64,000 nucleotides of DNA from Felis catus. Its lineage: Eukaryota. Position 1 is the first letter of the stretch. Every line of letters starts with the position of its first letter. Location: assembly GCF_018350175.1 (NCBI RefSeq), contig NC_058383.1:25484001-25548000 (forward strand), read 5' to 3'. A program made the position numbers and the translations under genes. Shown one piece after another: positions 24,330-37,140 of the stretch. The notes beneath the pieces are model-generated. The model saw only the letters and a program-made list of their open reading frames with translations, searched no databases and was not told the DNA's origin.

Positions 24330-26764
24330 AATAAAAGTGGTGAGAGTGGACATCCTTGTTTTGTTTCTGAGCTTTTCCCCTAAGGTCAAGAACAAGATAA
24401 TGATGTCCACTCTAACCACTTTTACCTAACTTGGTACTGGAAGTCCTAGCCACAGCAATCAGACAACAAAAAGAAATAAAAGAATCCAAATTGGTAAGAA
24501 AGAAGTAAGACTTTCACTATTTGCAGATGGCATGATACTATTAATAGATAACCCAAAAGACTCCACCAAAAAACTGACAGAACTGATAAACAAATTCAAT
24601 AAAGTTGCAAGCTACAAAATCAACATACAGAAATCTACTGCATTTCTATACACCAATTATGAAGCGGCAGAAAGAGAAATTAAGTAATCAGTCTCATTTA
24701 CAATTGCACCCAAACCCGGGGTGCCTGGGTGGCTCAGTCGGTTGAGCGTCCGACTTCAGCTCAGGTCATGATCTCACAGGGCCTGTGAGTTCAAGCCCTG
24801 CGTCGGGCTCTGTGCTGACAGTTCAGAGCCTTGAGCCTGCTTCTGCTTCTGTGTCTCCCTCTCTCTCTGCCCCTAACCCACTCACATTCTGTCTCTGTCT
24901 CTCTCAAAAATAAATAAACATTAAGAAAATTAAAAAAAAAAAAAAATTGCACCCAAACCTGTAAGACATCCAGGAACAGACTTAACCAAAGAGGTGAAAG
25001 ACCTGTACTGTGAAAACTATAAAACACTGATGAAAGAAATTGAAGATGACACAGACAAATGGAAAGACATCCCAAGCTCATGGATTGGAAGAACAAATAT
25101 TGTTAAAATGCCTATACTACCCAAAGCAATCTACATATTTAATGTAATCCCTACCAAAATATCAGCAGCATTTTTCATGGAACTAGAACAAATAATACTA
25201 AAATTTGTATAGAAACACAAACAACTCCCGAATAGCCAAAACAATCTTGAAAAAGAAAAGCAAAGCTGGAGGCATCACAATTCCAGACTTCAAGTTATAG
25301 TACAAAACCGTAGTAATCAAAACAGAATGGTAATAGAACAAAAATAGACACATCAATAGAACAGAATAGAAAACCCAGAAATAAACCCATAATTATATGA
25401 TCAGCTAATCTTCAAGAAAGAGGGAAAGAATATCCAACAGGAAAAAGACAGTCTCTTCAACAAATGGTGTTGGGAAAACTGGACAGCAACATGACAAAGA
25501 ATGAAATTAAACCACTTTCTTGCACCATACCCAAAAATAAGCTCAAAGATTAAATGGATTAAAGATTATAAATGTGAGGCCTGAAACCATAAAAATCTTA
25601 GAAAAGAACACAGGCAGTAACCTTTATGACATGGACTACAGCAATTTCTTTCTCCTGAAGCAAGGGAAACAAAAGCAAAAATAAACTATCAATAAGACTA
25701 TATCAAAGTAAACAGCTTCTGCACAGCAAAGGAAATAATCAACAAAACTAAAAGGCAACCTACAGAATGGAAGAAGATATTTGCAAATGACATCCAATAA
25801 AGGGCTAGTATTCAAAATATATAAAGAACTTATAAAAGTCAACACCCCCCAAAAAAACAAATTATCTGATTTTAAAATAGAAGACATGAACAGACATTTC
25901 TCCAAAAACAAGACATACAGATGGCCAACAGACACAAGATGCTCAATATCACTTATCATTAGGGAAATGCAAATCAAAACTACAATGAGACATCACCTCA
26001 CACCTGTCAGAATGGCTAAAATCAACAACACAAGAAGCAACTGGTTTTGGTGAAGAGGTGAAGAAAGGGAAACCCTCTTGCAGTGTTGGTGGGAATGCAA
26101 ACTGGTGCAGCCACTGTAGAAAACAGTATGGAGGCTCCTCAAAAAGTTAAAAATAGAACTACCTTATGATCCAGCAATCGCACTACTGGATATTTATCCA
26201 AACAATATAAGAACACTAATTCAAAGGGATACATGTACTCCTATATTTATAGCACCATTATTTATAATACCCCAGATATGGAAGCAACCCAAGTGGCCAT
26301 TATTGATGAATGGATAAAGAAGATATAATGAAATATTATTCAGCCATAAAAAAGACTGAAATCTTGCCATTTGCAACAATCAAGATGGAGCTAGAGTATA
26401 ATGGTAAGTGAAATAAGTCAGTCAGAGAAAGACAAATACCATATGATTTCATTCATATGTGGAATTTAAGAAACAAAACAAAGAGAAAAAAATAAGAGAG
26501 AGAAAGAGAGAGAAATCAAGAAACGGACTCTTTAAATACACAGAACAAACTGATGGTTACCAGAGGGGAGATGGGCAGGGAGATGGGTTAATTAGGTGAT
26601 AGGACTTAAGGAGTGCACTTGTGATGAGCACAGGGTGATAAATGGAAGTGCTGAATCACTATATCATACACCTGAAACTAATATAACACTCTGTTAACCA
26701 ACTGGAATTAAAATAAAAACTTAAAATTTTAAAAAAGGAAAAAGAAATAAAGCAAACTATATAA
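24330..26764 (+). mobile_element. Carnivore L1, 5'-truncated ~2.2 kb (ORF2 RT to C-terminus + 3' UTR) with a short inverted 5' segment
   Basis: RT motif ctatttgcagatggcatg (LFADGM, from FADDM) near 24517; ORFs 24994-25212 and 25781-26053 are ORF2p pieces. TSD AA(G/A)AGTTTTATTTCT at 24315-24329 and 26765-26779. Confidence 0.93.
24718..24944 (+). mobile_element. CAN-SINE (SINEC_Fc-like) inserted in L1
   Basis: TSD AATTGCACCCAAACC at 24702-24716 and 24945-24959. Confidence 0.93.
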
Positions 26765-26920
26765 AAAAGTTTTATTTCTTTCCCCTTCCTGCTATAACAT
26801 TTTGACCTCAATGCTACATTTAGACCAGAAAATACCCCATAGCATATGGATTCTTACCTGCATTTTAAACTAGAACAAACTTCCCATCTACCCTCCAAAA
26901 TGCAAGGCAGCCCTGGCAAC

Positions 26921-26965
26921 TGATGGATGGATTGATTGATTGATTGATTGATTAAATAAATAAAT
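26921..26965. repeat. (GATG)/(GATT)n/(AAAT)n compound microsatellite
   Basis: Directly visible tetranucleotide runs. Confidence 0.85.
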
Positions 26966-27146
26966 ATGTATTCACCATTGGAAATGTTGCCACCATGATT
27001 AAACCTCCCAACAGTCACTTTAAAAGCAGCCATGACAAAGAATAAGGGAAAAAGAGTAAATGTATTGCAGGTATCCTATGGACCAAGCACTATGTAAGGC
27101 ATATACACCATTGCAGTATATTTCCCCCAAATATAGTTACAGGAGA

Positions 27147-27530
27147 TGTTATGTCTAAATGCTGTGCACCCCCACCCCCACCCCCACACACACTAAATTC
27201 ATATGTTGAAATCCTAACCCCCAAAGATGATAGTGTTAGGAGGTGGGGCTTTTGGGAGGTGATGAGGTCATGAGGGTGGAGCCTCATGAATGGGATTCAT
27301 GCCATAAAAGAGACCTCACACAGCTCCCTACCCCTTCTACCATGTGAGGACTCAGTGAGAACACTCTGGCTATGAACCAGGAAGTAACCCCTCACCAGCC
27401 ACTATATTGAATCTGCTGGCTCTGCCATCTTAGACTTCCCAGCCTCCAGAACTATAGAAATAAATGTATGTGGTTTATAAGCTACCCACTCTGAGGTATT
27501 CTGTTACAGCAGCCTGAACAGACTAGGACA
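27147..27530 (+). mobile_element. MaLR solo LTR (MLT1A-like)
   Basis: TG...CA ends; aattcatatgttgaaatcctaacccccaa, gacttcccagcctccagaact; flanks GGAGA/AGAGA (5-bp TSD, 1 mismatch). Confidence 0.85.
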
Positions 27531-27599
27531 AGAGACCATGGAGAATACAATTTTAAGGGTTCCTAGACCCAGTATTAAATAACATTGGAACACATGGTG

Positions 27600-27971
27600 A
27601 GCAGTTCATCCCTCACCCATCTTTCTAATTACACCAAGGGAAAGTCTCAAGTGGGTGCTAGCATGTCTTTAACACTTCTCTACCACTTGCTAATCTCTCC
27701 TTTCAACAAAAAATGAACAAGCCTTAGACTCAGAGCCGTGGCAGGCTACAGTACTAGCTAGAATTTTAGTGACTATTTTTTTTTTACTCCATGATTCTTT
27801 AAATGGTTTCCTTTTTTAAAGAACAAGAAACTAGTCTGCTTATACATGATAAAAATTAATTTTAAAATAAAATTTAAATACCTACTTAAAAAGAAATATC
27901 ATGTTAATAATAGTACATGTGACAAAAATCATACACACAGTACTCAAATGGCTAAATTTCAGGAAGTGCTG
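27600..27971. mobile_element. hAT-Charlie relic (Charlie4-like)
   Basis: aagggaaagtctca...ggtgctagcatgtctttaacac is shared with a second copy at ~48465-48600. Confidence 0.5.
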
Positions 27972-28220
27972 ACTTACTTCTTTTATCCTAATAGCAACCC
28001 TGTGAGGTAGATGCCATTTTTATCTCTAGTTTACATGTTGGAGTCTGTGACGCAGATAGGAAAAGTGAGGCGGCCAAAGTCAGACAGGCCTCTTCAACCC
28101 AATTCTACCTAGCTGCAAAATTTGAAATCTCACCACGCTGACTGATCACAGTGTTTGTTATCAGAATCAGAAGTTGTCAACTTAGGAAAACCTCCGATGC
28201 ATCTCTTAGGAAGGCTCCAG

Positions 28221-28400
28221 AGGTGCCTGGGTGGCTCAGTCAGCTCAGATCAGGAGCTCAAAGTTGTGAGATCAAGCCCCGCATCGGGCTCCACACTGAG
28301 CTTAAGATTCTCTCTCTCCCTCTCCCTCTGCCACTCCCCTGTGCGTGCATGCACACACACTCTCTCACTCTCTCAGAAAAAAAATTTAAAAAATAAAAAG
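28221..28400 (+). mobile_element. Older CAN-SINE
   Basis: ggtgcctgggtggctcagtc head, (CT)n, A-tail. Confidence 0.85.
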
Positions 28401-29734
28401 TTCCAGTGAGTGCTGGCTTTAGAAATTAGCTTCCAGGTGTATGGCTAACCCTCACCTGCAAATGCTTGGGCAAGCACTAAATTCTCTCTCCAAATCTCCA
28501 GCAGCTTCTCTTCTCACAGCATCAGCTATAGAGAGGCAGAGTGGTACTAGAACCCAATGCTGCACTGTTAATTGGTCTCTTAGGTCAGTAATGTGGAGTC
28601 CCCGGGATGACAGTGCTGTTCCAGGGAAGACAGCATCTGGTGCTCAGGTATTCAGGACATTCTGAAACTTTCCTGATCAGGACAGTTCACTCCTCTGCCC
28701 CTACCTAGTGTGGCCCAGCCACTAGATTGCCTATCTGCTGGCCTTTCTAGCTGCTCTGCTTCTGTCTTTGTTGCTGCTTGGCAGAATCCGCCTTATCTGT
28801 ACATTGATGAGTCATGCTTTCTGTACATTTCAATGTTTTATCCCTGCAGGGAAGATTCTGGTAAGTACCTTCACTCTCACTGCTCTTAATACTCCATGCT
28901 TCCCTGTTAGGACTATTTCTGAGGCTCTTAAAGAAAATTGAACTTTTCAGCAGTTGGAGTGCAGTGGCTGAAAAAAAAAAAAAAGGCTCCAGGATGGGGG
29001 GAATGTTCTTGTGATAACCTGGCTAGAAAGAATATTCAAAACTTCTCTCATCTACTCGTTTGACAACTTGACCATCTATTCTAGGTGTTATATAGTATAT
29101 GAGAATTCTTGGCCTCTGAATGTATACAAATCAGAAGAAACTCATATAATCCACAGACAGGATTTCAACAACAAGTTACTGTTCATGCCTCTTCTGGAGC
29201 CAGTTGTCAATTATGCTGGGAGTGGCATGATACTAAGTGTTGTCAAAACTGCCTTTGTGTTCCAGCTGTGATATCAATGCAGTGTGTGACCATGGGCGCC
29301 TCACTTAACTTCCCTGGACCTCAATTCTCTCATCTGTAAAATATAGGAATTGGACAGAATCATCTCTGTGGGTATCACAATCCTCAAACACTAGGTAATC
29401 ATGTGGGCACTGTGCTTGCTGTCTCCAGGCCATGGATTTCCCATGTGTAAAATGAGCTAATTAAGCTCTGACCACTTCACACAGATAATGATGAGGATTA
29501 AAATAAAATGGTGTACACAGCTATATTTGTTAAAAGTAAATTTCCATCAGTTTTGAAGTGTTACTGTAATGACAACAAAGATCACTGGTTGATCGACGCA
29601 TGCCCTTGAGTTGCTAGGAACAAAATCCTTCTCTAACTTAAACAAATGGGAGGGTTTTTTTCTGTTTTCATTTTTGTTTTTGTTTTTGTTCTCTACAAAG
29701 CCTTACCTAGACTATCTTTATGTTTTTTGGATTT

Positions 29735-30208
29735 TTAAAAATTGTAATAAGAACATTTAACATAAGATCTACCCTTTTAACAAGATTTTAAGTGTGTAAT
29801 GCAATATTGTTAACTATAGGCATGATGTTAACGGTAAGATTTTGAGAACTTATTCATCTTGCATAACTAAAACTTTATGCCCCTTGAGTAGCAACTCTAC
29901 ATTCCCCCTCCTCCAGCCCCTGGCAATCACCATTCTACTCTCTGCTTCCATGAGTGGGCTATTTTAGATACTTCATGTAAGTAGAATCGTGTAGTATTTG
30001 TCTTTCTGTAATTGGCTTATATCACTCAGCATATTATCCTCAAGGCTTATCCATGTTGTCACATTAGGCAGAATTTCCTTCTTTTCTAAGGCTGAATAAT
30101 ATTCCATTGTATGTATATACATTTTCTTTGTCCATTCACCCCTGATTGGACATTCAGGCTGTGGCCACATCTTAATGATTATGAATAATGCTGCTATGAA
30201 CTTGGGAG
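29735..30208 (-). mobile_element. Old L1MA/MB 3' end
   Basis: Minus ORF 29973-30170 resembles the ORF2p tail (IHTMEYYSALEKKEILP); L1MA-type 3' UTR. Confidence 0.8.
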
Positions 30209-31959
30209 TTACGAGGTACTCAAGGGCTCACAGGGAAACTGGGAGCCACAGATTTGAGAATGGGCAGGAAACAAGAACCACAACAATGGCTCCAGAGCAG
30301 TAGAATCCTGCCAGACAGTCCTCATAGGACAAATGAAATCCAAACTCTTCTCCTGCCCTTGTTTCACTCATTCAAGATTCTGACCCCAGAAGACAGAATC
30401 TACTGGCCAAGTTTAGAACACCTGCCTTCCCACCCATGACAGTCCTGAGCCAGAGGATCTGGCCCCTTCTGTTTCTGTAAATGAGTAGCAGACACCAGAA
30501 TTCGCTGAGACCACACCAGGTAGAGAGGATCACTCTCCAAAAGGAAATCAAAACTGCGGGGAAGGGGAATAAGATTCTGCACAGCTCCTGAATATGAAAT
30601 AATGACCACCCAGAGATTACTTAAATGCTTAAATAATCACAGTATGTCACCCACCAGTATGACTTTTTTTTTTTTTTTACTTTTCAACATTACATGTTCC
30701 CTTGCCTGATAGGAGACAGGTAGTTTGGTTGGAGTGGTTTTATTTCTTTCCTCCATATCCTCTCTCTTTCCTCTTCCACCCCTACCCCCACCTCTCCTTT
30801 CTGTCCCCACCTTTCTGTCCCTCTCCTTCTCTTTTCTCTTCCCCAACTCACTCCTGTCCGGTAAGGTGATAGGAGCAAAGGCTTAAAGGATACTTACGAG
30901 TCTCCTGGGTCTCTGAACCAAAGAGAAAAGACTGTTTTCCTCATGCTTCAACCTCCTGGTCAATTACCCCTCCTTCAATCTGCCACACAGGTGCGTACAC
31001 ATAAGACACAGATACACGCCCCAACCCTTGCTTCCCTCTTCCTCTCAGGCAGAGGCCCTGTTTCCTTCACCTCATCCTCTGTCATTCCTCACCTCCTGAT
31101 GAAATTTGCCCACGTGCAATTTGGACCCTTTCTTCCCCCACCAGGCTGCAGGGTTGAGAAAGAGGCATGCAACTGTGGAAATAATTCTCTTCCTGCTCTG
31201 TGGCAATCACTGACCACCTCAACAGGTCAGTGACAAGCAACAAAAGACTTTATCCAAATTCTATCAGAATTGGCATGCCCCTCAGAGAACTGTAGTGAAT
31301 GGTTGTTACAGAGAGCACTGGAATGGATGGATTCTCAGCAGCTCACCAAGACGCCCTCAACCACAAGCCATGCGTGTGGAGTAAAACAAACACAGCAGAG
31401 AAACGCAATGCTACAGTTCTTATTGGAAAGCAAACAAGAGCCTGCAGACAAAGACAAACCAGTAAAAGCTCTAGTAAAGCTGGCCAAGGTCAGTGGAGAA
31501 CCAGGAACATCAGGGGAAATGTCAGGTACTATTTTGACAGCCTAATAGCAAGGAAGGAATGGTCTTCTGCAACAACTCCCAAGGCTGAATTTGTCAAGAA
31601 CTGCAATACCACCAGAAGGTGCTGGTTTTGACAATAGCTTGTAATAACCTACATGCCCAAGACAAAGTACACAAGATATTTTTTCCTATATTTTACTATG
31701 AAAATTTTCAAGGATACATAAAAACTGAAAGAAGTTTATAGTGAAAACTCATATACCCATGACCTAGATTCTACTATTAATATTTCCCTGGGTTAACACA
31801 TATTTATCCATTCTTTTATCTACTCATCAATCCATCTGACTTTTTGATACACTTCACAGTTAGTGGCATGCAATGGTACATGTTACCTCAGAGCTTCAGC
31901 ATGCAGTATTTGCTTAGGGCACATGCAGAAGATATTTCTGATATAAAAAATAAAACACA

Positions 31960-32290
31960 GGGATTAGGGAGAGGGAAGGATGAATGAATGAGGCACAGAG
32001 GATTTTTAGGGCAGTGAAAATACTCTTTATGACACTGTAATAGAGGACCCTTGTTCTTATACATTTGTCCAAACCCACAGAATGTACAATACCAAGAGTA
32101 AACCCTATTGTAAATTATGGGCTCTGGGTGATAATGATGTGTACATCCATTGTGACAAGTGTACCAGTCTGCTGGGGGACATGGATAATGAGGGGGCCTG
32201 TGTATGTGTGTAGCCAGAGGTTTTATGGGAAATCTCTATACTTCCTGCTTGATTTTGCCATTAATCTAAAAATGCTCTTTAAAAAGTCTA
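31960..32290 (+). mobile_element. Old L1MC 3' UTR
   Basis: gcacagaggatttttagggcagtgaaaatactct...tatacatttgtccaaacccacagaatgtacaa motif. Confidence 0.75.
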
Positions 32291-32946
32291 TTTTTTCTTT
32301 TTATAAATAAAGTCTATTTTTTAATTAAATAGATGATTGAAAATTAAATAAAACCTATGACTTATCTCTAACAGAGGATCGGCAAACTGGCATCCCAAGG
32401 GCTGAACTTGGCTTGCAGACATGTGTTGGTTTTCCCTGCCCAGAATCTATTCTCATTCCTCCTGTTACAGAATCCCAAGCTTCTTTTGAATAAATGATCC
32501 ACCTCCTCTCATAATCCATGTGTGTTGGGAAGAACGGATTGCTTCTCTTGGCTCTATCACCAGGCCCATGAGCCCTACCTGGCCAATCAATGCAGTGCTG
32601 ATTGGCTACAGAAATCCAATTCAAATGGTGAGTTGAGTTGAGATGGGCACATGGATCCCATTGGTCCATTGAGAGCCTTCCCGAAGACCCTCACTGAAAT
32701 TCTCTTTCAGTTCAGGTTACTAATCCAATAGGATAAATCTAGGGATGCTGGTGTGCTGGTGTCCACCTTTTTTAAGATGTTGTAAGAAGCTGCTTAAAAA
32801 TGCAGCTAATCCAAAGCAAAGCAGAGCCCATAGGTAGAAAGGTACAGGTAATTTATGCTCCTGGATCCAGCCAGGCCTAAAGTCCAGAAAACCGTATTTT
32901 TCAGTTATAAGAGTTAATACATTCCTTTTAAAAAACTAAATAGTTC

Positions 32947-33086
32947 AGGTCAATTAAACATCTGACTTTGTGGCTCAGATCTTGATCTCACAGTTCATGA
33001 GTTCGTGCCCTGCACTGGACTCTCTGCGGTCAGAAAAGAGCCTGCTTTGGATCCTCTGTCCCCTTCTCTTTCTGCCGCTCCCCTGC

Positions 33087-33130
<44 letters not shown>

Positions 33131-33165
33131 TCTCTCTAAAAATAAACAAATAAGCTTTTAAAAAA
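32947..33165 (+). mobile_element. CAN-SINE, 5' end eroded
   Basis: B-box gagttcgtgccc, long (CT)n, A-tail. Confidence 0.8.
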
Positions 33166-33491
33166 GAAAAAATAGCTTGAGCTCTTTTTCTATTCATTTC
33201 AATAAAAATAATCCTGGCGAATAGTTACTATGGGTTTCACACCCAAGTCTGGGTTCAAGTTCTTGACTGTTAAGTTACGCTACAGTTAGGTCATGCACTG
33301 AAAATTCAAAGAGGAGGGAAACTTACCCTGCCCAGTAGGTGATGTGAATCCAGAAAGCACAGGTAACAAGTAACCCTCTAGTGGGAACACAATGTGGTAA
33401 GTGGTATAGAAGATAGATCTCAGTGTCAGGGAGGTGCTGGGGGACTTGGAAAAGCTTGGAGGACAAGGTGACCCTTAAAACAAGCCTTGTA

Positions 33492-33668
33492 GGGGCCCCT
33501 GGGTGACTCATTCAGTTGAGCATCCAACTTCACCTCAGGTCACGATCTCACACTTCATGGGTTTGAGACCTACATAGGGCTCTGTGCTGACAGCTCAGAG
33601 CCTGGAGCCTGGACCCTGTTTCAGATTCTGTGTCTCCTTCTCTCTCTGCTCCTCCCCGACTTGTTCAT

Positions 33669-33701
<33 letters not shown>

Positions 33702-33746
33702 AATAAATAAATAAACATTAACATAAAAATTAAAAAAAAAAAAAAA
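33492..33746 (+). mobile_element. CAN-SINE (SINEC_Fc-like)
   Basis: Full head, (CT)n, A-tail. Confidence 0.9.
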
Positions 33747-33974
33747 GAGGAGGCTTGTAAAGTCAGGAGAAAACAGAGCACAAGTTGCACTCTTATGGGA
33801 GGTAGAGAACAGAGCGGGTCAGCAGAGTGGTCCTAGGGAGCTCCAAGCCCTTTTCACCAACCTTCTGAACCAAAACAATCTCAGTCATAATCTGTGCGTG
33901 TGTCCCTCTATCAATCTGTCTATTCATCTGTCTTCTCTGTGTCTCTCTCCACATCTCTGTCTCTCTTTTTCTTT

Positions 33975-34189
33975 TCTTTTTTTTAAATTTTTTTAATGTT
34001 TACTTATTTTTGAGAGAGACAGAGACGGAGCAGGGGAGGGGCAGAGAGAGACAAACACACAATCCAAAGCAGGCTCCAGGCTCCAAGCTGTCAGCACAGA
34101 GCCCAACGCAGGGCTCGAACTCATGAACTGTAAGATCATGACCTGAGCCAAAGTTGGATGCCCAACCAAATGAGCCACCCTGGCACCCC
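33975..34189 (-). mobile_element. CAN-SINE in a pyrimidine-rich tract
   Basis: T-tail, (AG)n, head ending ccctggcacccc. Confidence 0.9.
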
Positions 34190-34299
34190 TCTTTTTCTTT
34201 TCCTGTCTCTCACTGTGTGTCTCTCTCTGCGTTTCTCTCTCTGTATCCCTCTCTCTCTCTCCCTCCCCTTCTTTCTCTCTCCTCTCTTCATGCACTCAC

Positions 34300-35005
34300 T
34301 CGCCTACCTTCTGGGATGCAGTCCACCCCATCATCAATACCGCCCTAGTCTAAGCCACCATCATTTCTCACATGTCCAACTTGGCAGCCTCATAACTTGT
34401 CTTCCCACCTCCATTTTTGCCTTGCTTCCATCAATTGTCCACCTCTCTGACAAAGCAAATATTTTAAAATGAAAATCTAATCATGGTACTCCCCTGCTTA
34501 AAACCATGGATAAAGAAAGAACTCCTCAACACAGCCTACAAGACCCTTCCCATTCTCCAACCACATCAAGCTCCACGTATCCACCCCACTCACTGCACCC
34601 CAGCTTCCCTGGTCTTCCAGTTCTTCAAAGAGTCCTTCTCTATCCCATCCTAGAGCCTTTGAATTTGAAATCTCCTTGAAATGCTCCTCTCACCCCCAGC
34701 CCCACATCCCTTTACCTAATTAACACTTACTCGTCTTTTACTTCTTATCTCAGATTCAAATATCACTTCCTAAGAGAAGCCTTCCCTGATTGCCAGACCA
34801 CATCAGATCTCACTGGTACATGTTCTCTCATTTGTTTGACTTTTTCTTTATAGCACTTATCCAAGTTTAGAAATGTGTGTATGTGTGTGTATTTGATGGA
34901 TTGATTCATGCCTGTGTCTTGTACTTAAGACCCAGGAAATCAGAGACCACGTCAACTTCTTAAAATAACTTCATACCCAGAATTCAGTACAGTGGCTAGT
35001 GCACA
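34300..35005 (+). mobile_element. L2 relic
   Basis: ccctagtctaagccaccatcatttctc...actcccctgcttaaaacc...agagaagccttccctga motifs. Confidence 0.65.
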
Positions 35006-35349
35006 CTTCCATTTTCTTACAGTCCCCACCACTCCCTGTTGCATTCCCAACTCCAAGTTGTGTTAGTTACAATTTATGTTGTTTGTGCTACTGTTTCCCT
35101 AGAAAAAAAGAATTATTCCTTTAGACTACTGCCTCTATTAAAGGGTAGAGAAATGGAGGCTAGACCCAGAGGGCCAAGTGTTTCCAGGAAAATGGGAGAC
35201 TGCATTTTTCTTTATGGAAGTAGAAAATGTACAATAAATAGTTCTGTCTCACGTATGTTTATTTCCTGTCCAGGCTTGTAGGCATTTGAATTTTCAATAC
35301 CTTCCCCTAACATTATTCATATATTTCTATTACTTATTTATTTATTTAA

Positions 35350-35535
35350 GGTATCTGACTCTTGATCTCAGCTCAGGTCATGATTTTGCAGTTTCGTGAG
35401 TTTAAGCCCTACATCAGGCTCTGTGCTGGCAGCATGGACACTGCTTGGCATTCTCTCTCTCTCCTCTCTCTCTGCCCCTACCCCACTCATGCTGTCTCTC
35501 TTTCCCAAAATAAATAAATATACATTAAAAATTTT
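35350..35535 (+). mobile_element. 5'-truncated CAN-SINE
   Basis: tctgactcttgatctcagctcaggtcatgat...(CT)n...aaaataaataaa. Confidence 0.8.
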
Positions 35536-35896
35536 AAGATTTATTTCTGAACACCCACCTGGCACTAGGTATGTTCTTGGCACTGAGGATACAGCGGATA
35601 TGGCAAATGAAGTCCCTGCCCTCAAGTCATAGTGCCTGAATTACAGTGTGAGTTTCCTGTTGTATATCTGTCCTTCCACTAAGCAGAAGTGGTTCCAACA
35701 CCAGCTCTGGAGCCAGACAGCCTTGGACCTAATCCCAGCCAGGTGGCCTTGAGCAACTTACCAAACTTCTCTATACCTTGGTTTCCTCACCTGTAATATT
35801 GAGCTAATAGTGTTATTGTGTGCATGTAATGAGTTAAGACACAGCTGTCTCATCATAAACTCCCATATCTTTTATTTCCTACCTCTGTACCTTACG

Positions 35897-36073
35897 CAGG
35901 ACTGGCTTCATGGGTAATGTGTCCTGTGCAGCCACACAGAGCCCCATACTTAAAAGGGCTCTCCACTTGGTTTAATGTTCTGCTGTTGCTGCCCCCCAAA
36001 TTCTTAATTTTTGAACAAGGAGCCCTGTATTTTTATTTTCGTATCAGGCCCTGCAATGATGCAGCCAGTCCTG
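35897..36073. mobile_element. MER91-like hAT-Tip100 MITE
   Basis: Perfect 11-bp terminal inverted repeats CAGGACTGGCT / AGCCAGTCCTG around 177 bp. Confidence 0.75.
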
Positions 36074-36779
36074 ATCAATACACATTAAATGCTCAGTAAA
36101 TGTCTGTTGAGAGAATGAATAAGTGAGTGAATTTAGCCAACCACAGTTGATGTTCAAGAACGCCATTATCTTACAGAGCCAGTCAAGTGGCTCAGCCCCT
36201 GAGCAAAATTCAACAAACTTCGTTGTTGACTCATCCTGTCCCTTCCCTGGTACTAAAAGCCTGACCCAGGACCTTAAATTTCTTCTCATCTAACCCACCC
36301 ATTTCCTAGGAAACTTTGACCTTGACAGGCTGCCAGAGTTCTCAATGGAACCAGCAGTGAACCCCATCCCATTCTCCATTCTCCAGATCAGAGTCTGCAC
36401 GGTTTCTACCTCTCTACTCCCTCTCTTCCTGCTCAGCATCCCTGGAATAAGATGCACCTGGTTTCCTTCATCCCATTTTACAGATGGGGAAATAGAGGCT
36501 CAGTAAAAATAAGGTCCATCAAGATTCTCCATGCAGCCCTGCTCCTTTGCCTAGCCAAGTTTCTAGTTTTATAGTTTCTAACAAGATCTCCAGAACCAAA
36601 TCACACAAATTATTTTTATAGTGGTTAATCAGACTTGATAATTACATGCTAAATCTGAGACTGAGCCCCACAACCCTAACAGTATCCCATGTTCTGACAC
36701 TCTGGCCTGCAAAGACAAGCAAAGCAAAGATAAACTCATCTCCCCATGCCCTGCCTGCCCTAAGTCAGCAGGTGCTGGG

Positions 36780-37140
36780 GCCTTTCATTCTCTCAATGTT
36801 TAATGAGAATCTGCAACATGCAGGCACCATGTAGAAGCTGGTGATGGAACTGTGAACAAAACAGACAAAAGTCCCTGATTCTCTAAGAGGGGAAACAGAT
36901 AAGAAACAAACTAATTCAATAAACTGTATATGGTATGACCATGGTACTAAGCACGATGGAGAAAAATTAAGCAGGGGAGGGGCAGAGGAAGTGAGCATTT
37001 GGGAGGGTAGGAGTGGAGATTTCAATTTTAAATAGGACTGATTGGGAAAGACTTGAAGAAAGTGAAGAAGCTGGTTAATACAGCTTTCTGGAGAAAGAGC
37101 ATTGCAGGCAGAAGGAACAGACTGTGCAAAGCCCTGAGGC
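36780..37140 (-). mobile_element. L2 relic
   Basis: gtgaacaaaacagacaaaagtccctg...gagcattgcaggcagaaggaacag...gtgcaaagccctgagg. Confidence 0.65.

Noticed and set aside
30743..30844. ~100-nt pyrimidine-rich tract as a triplex (H-DNA) element
   Set aside because: Interrupted, no clear mirror symmetry; ordinary low-complexity sequence.
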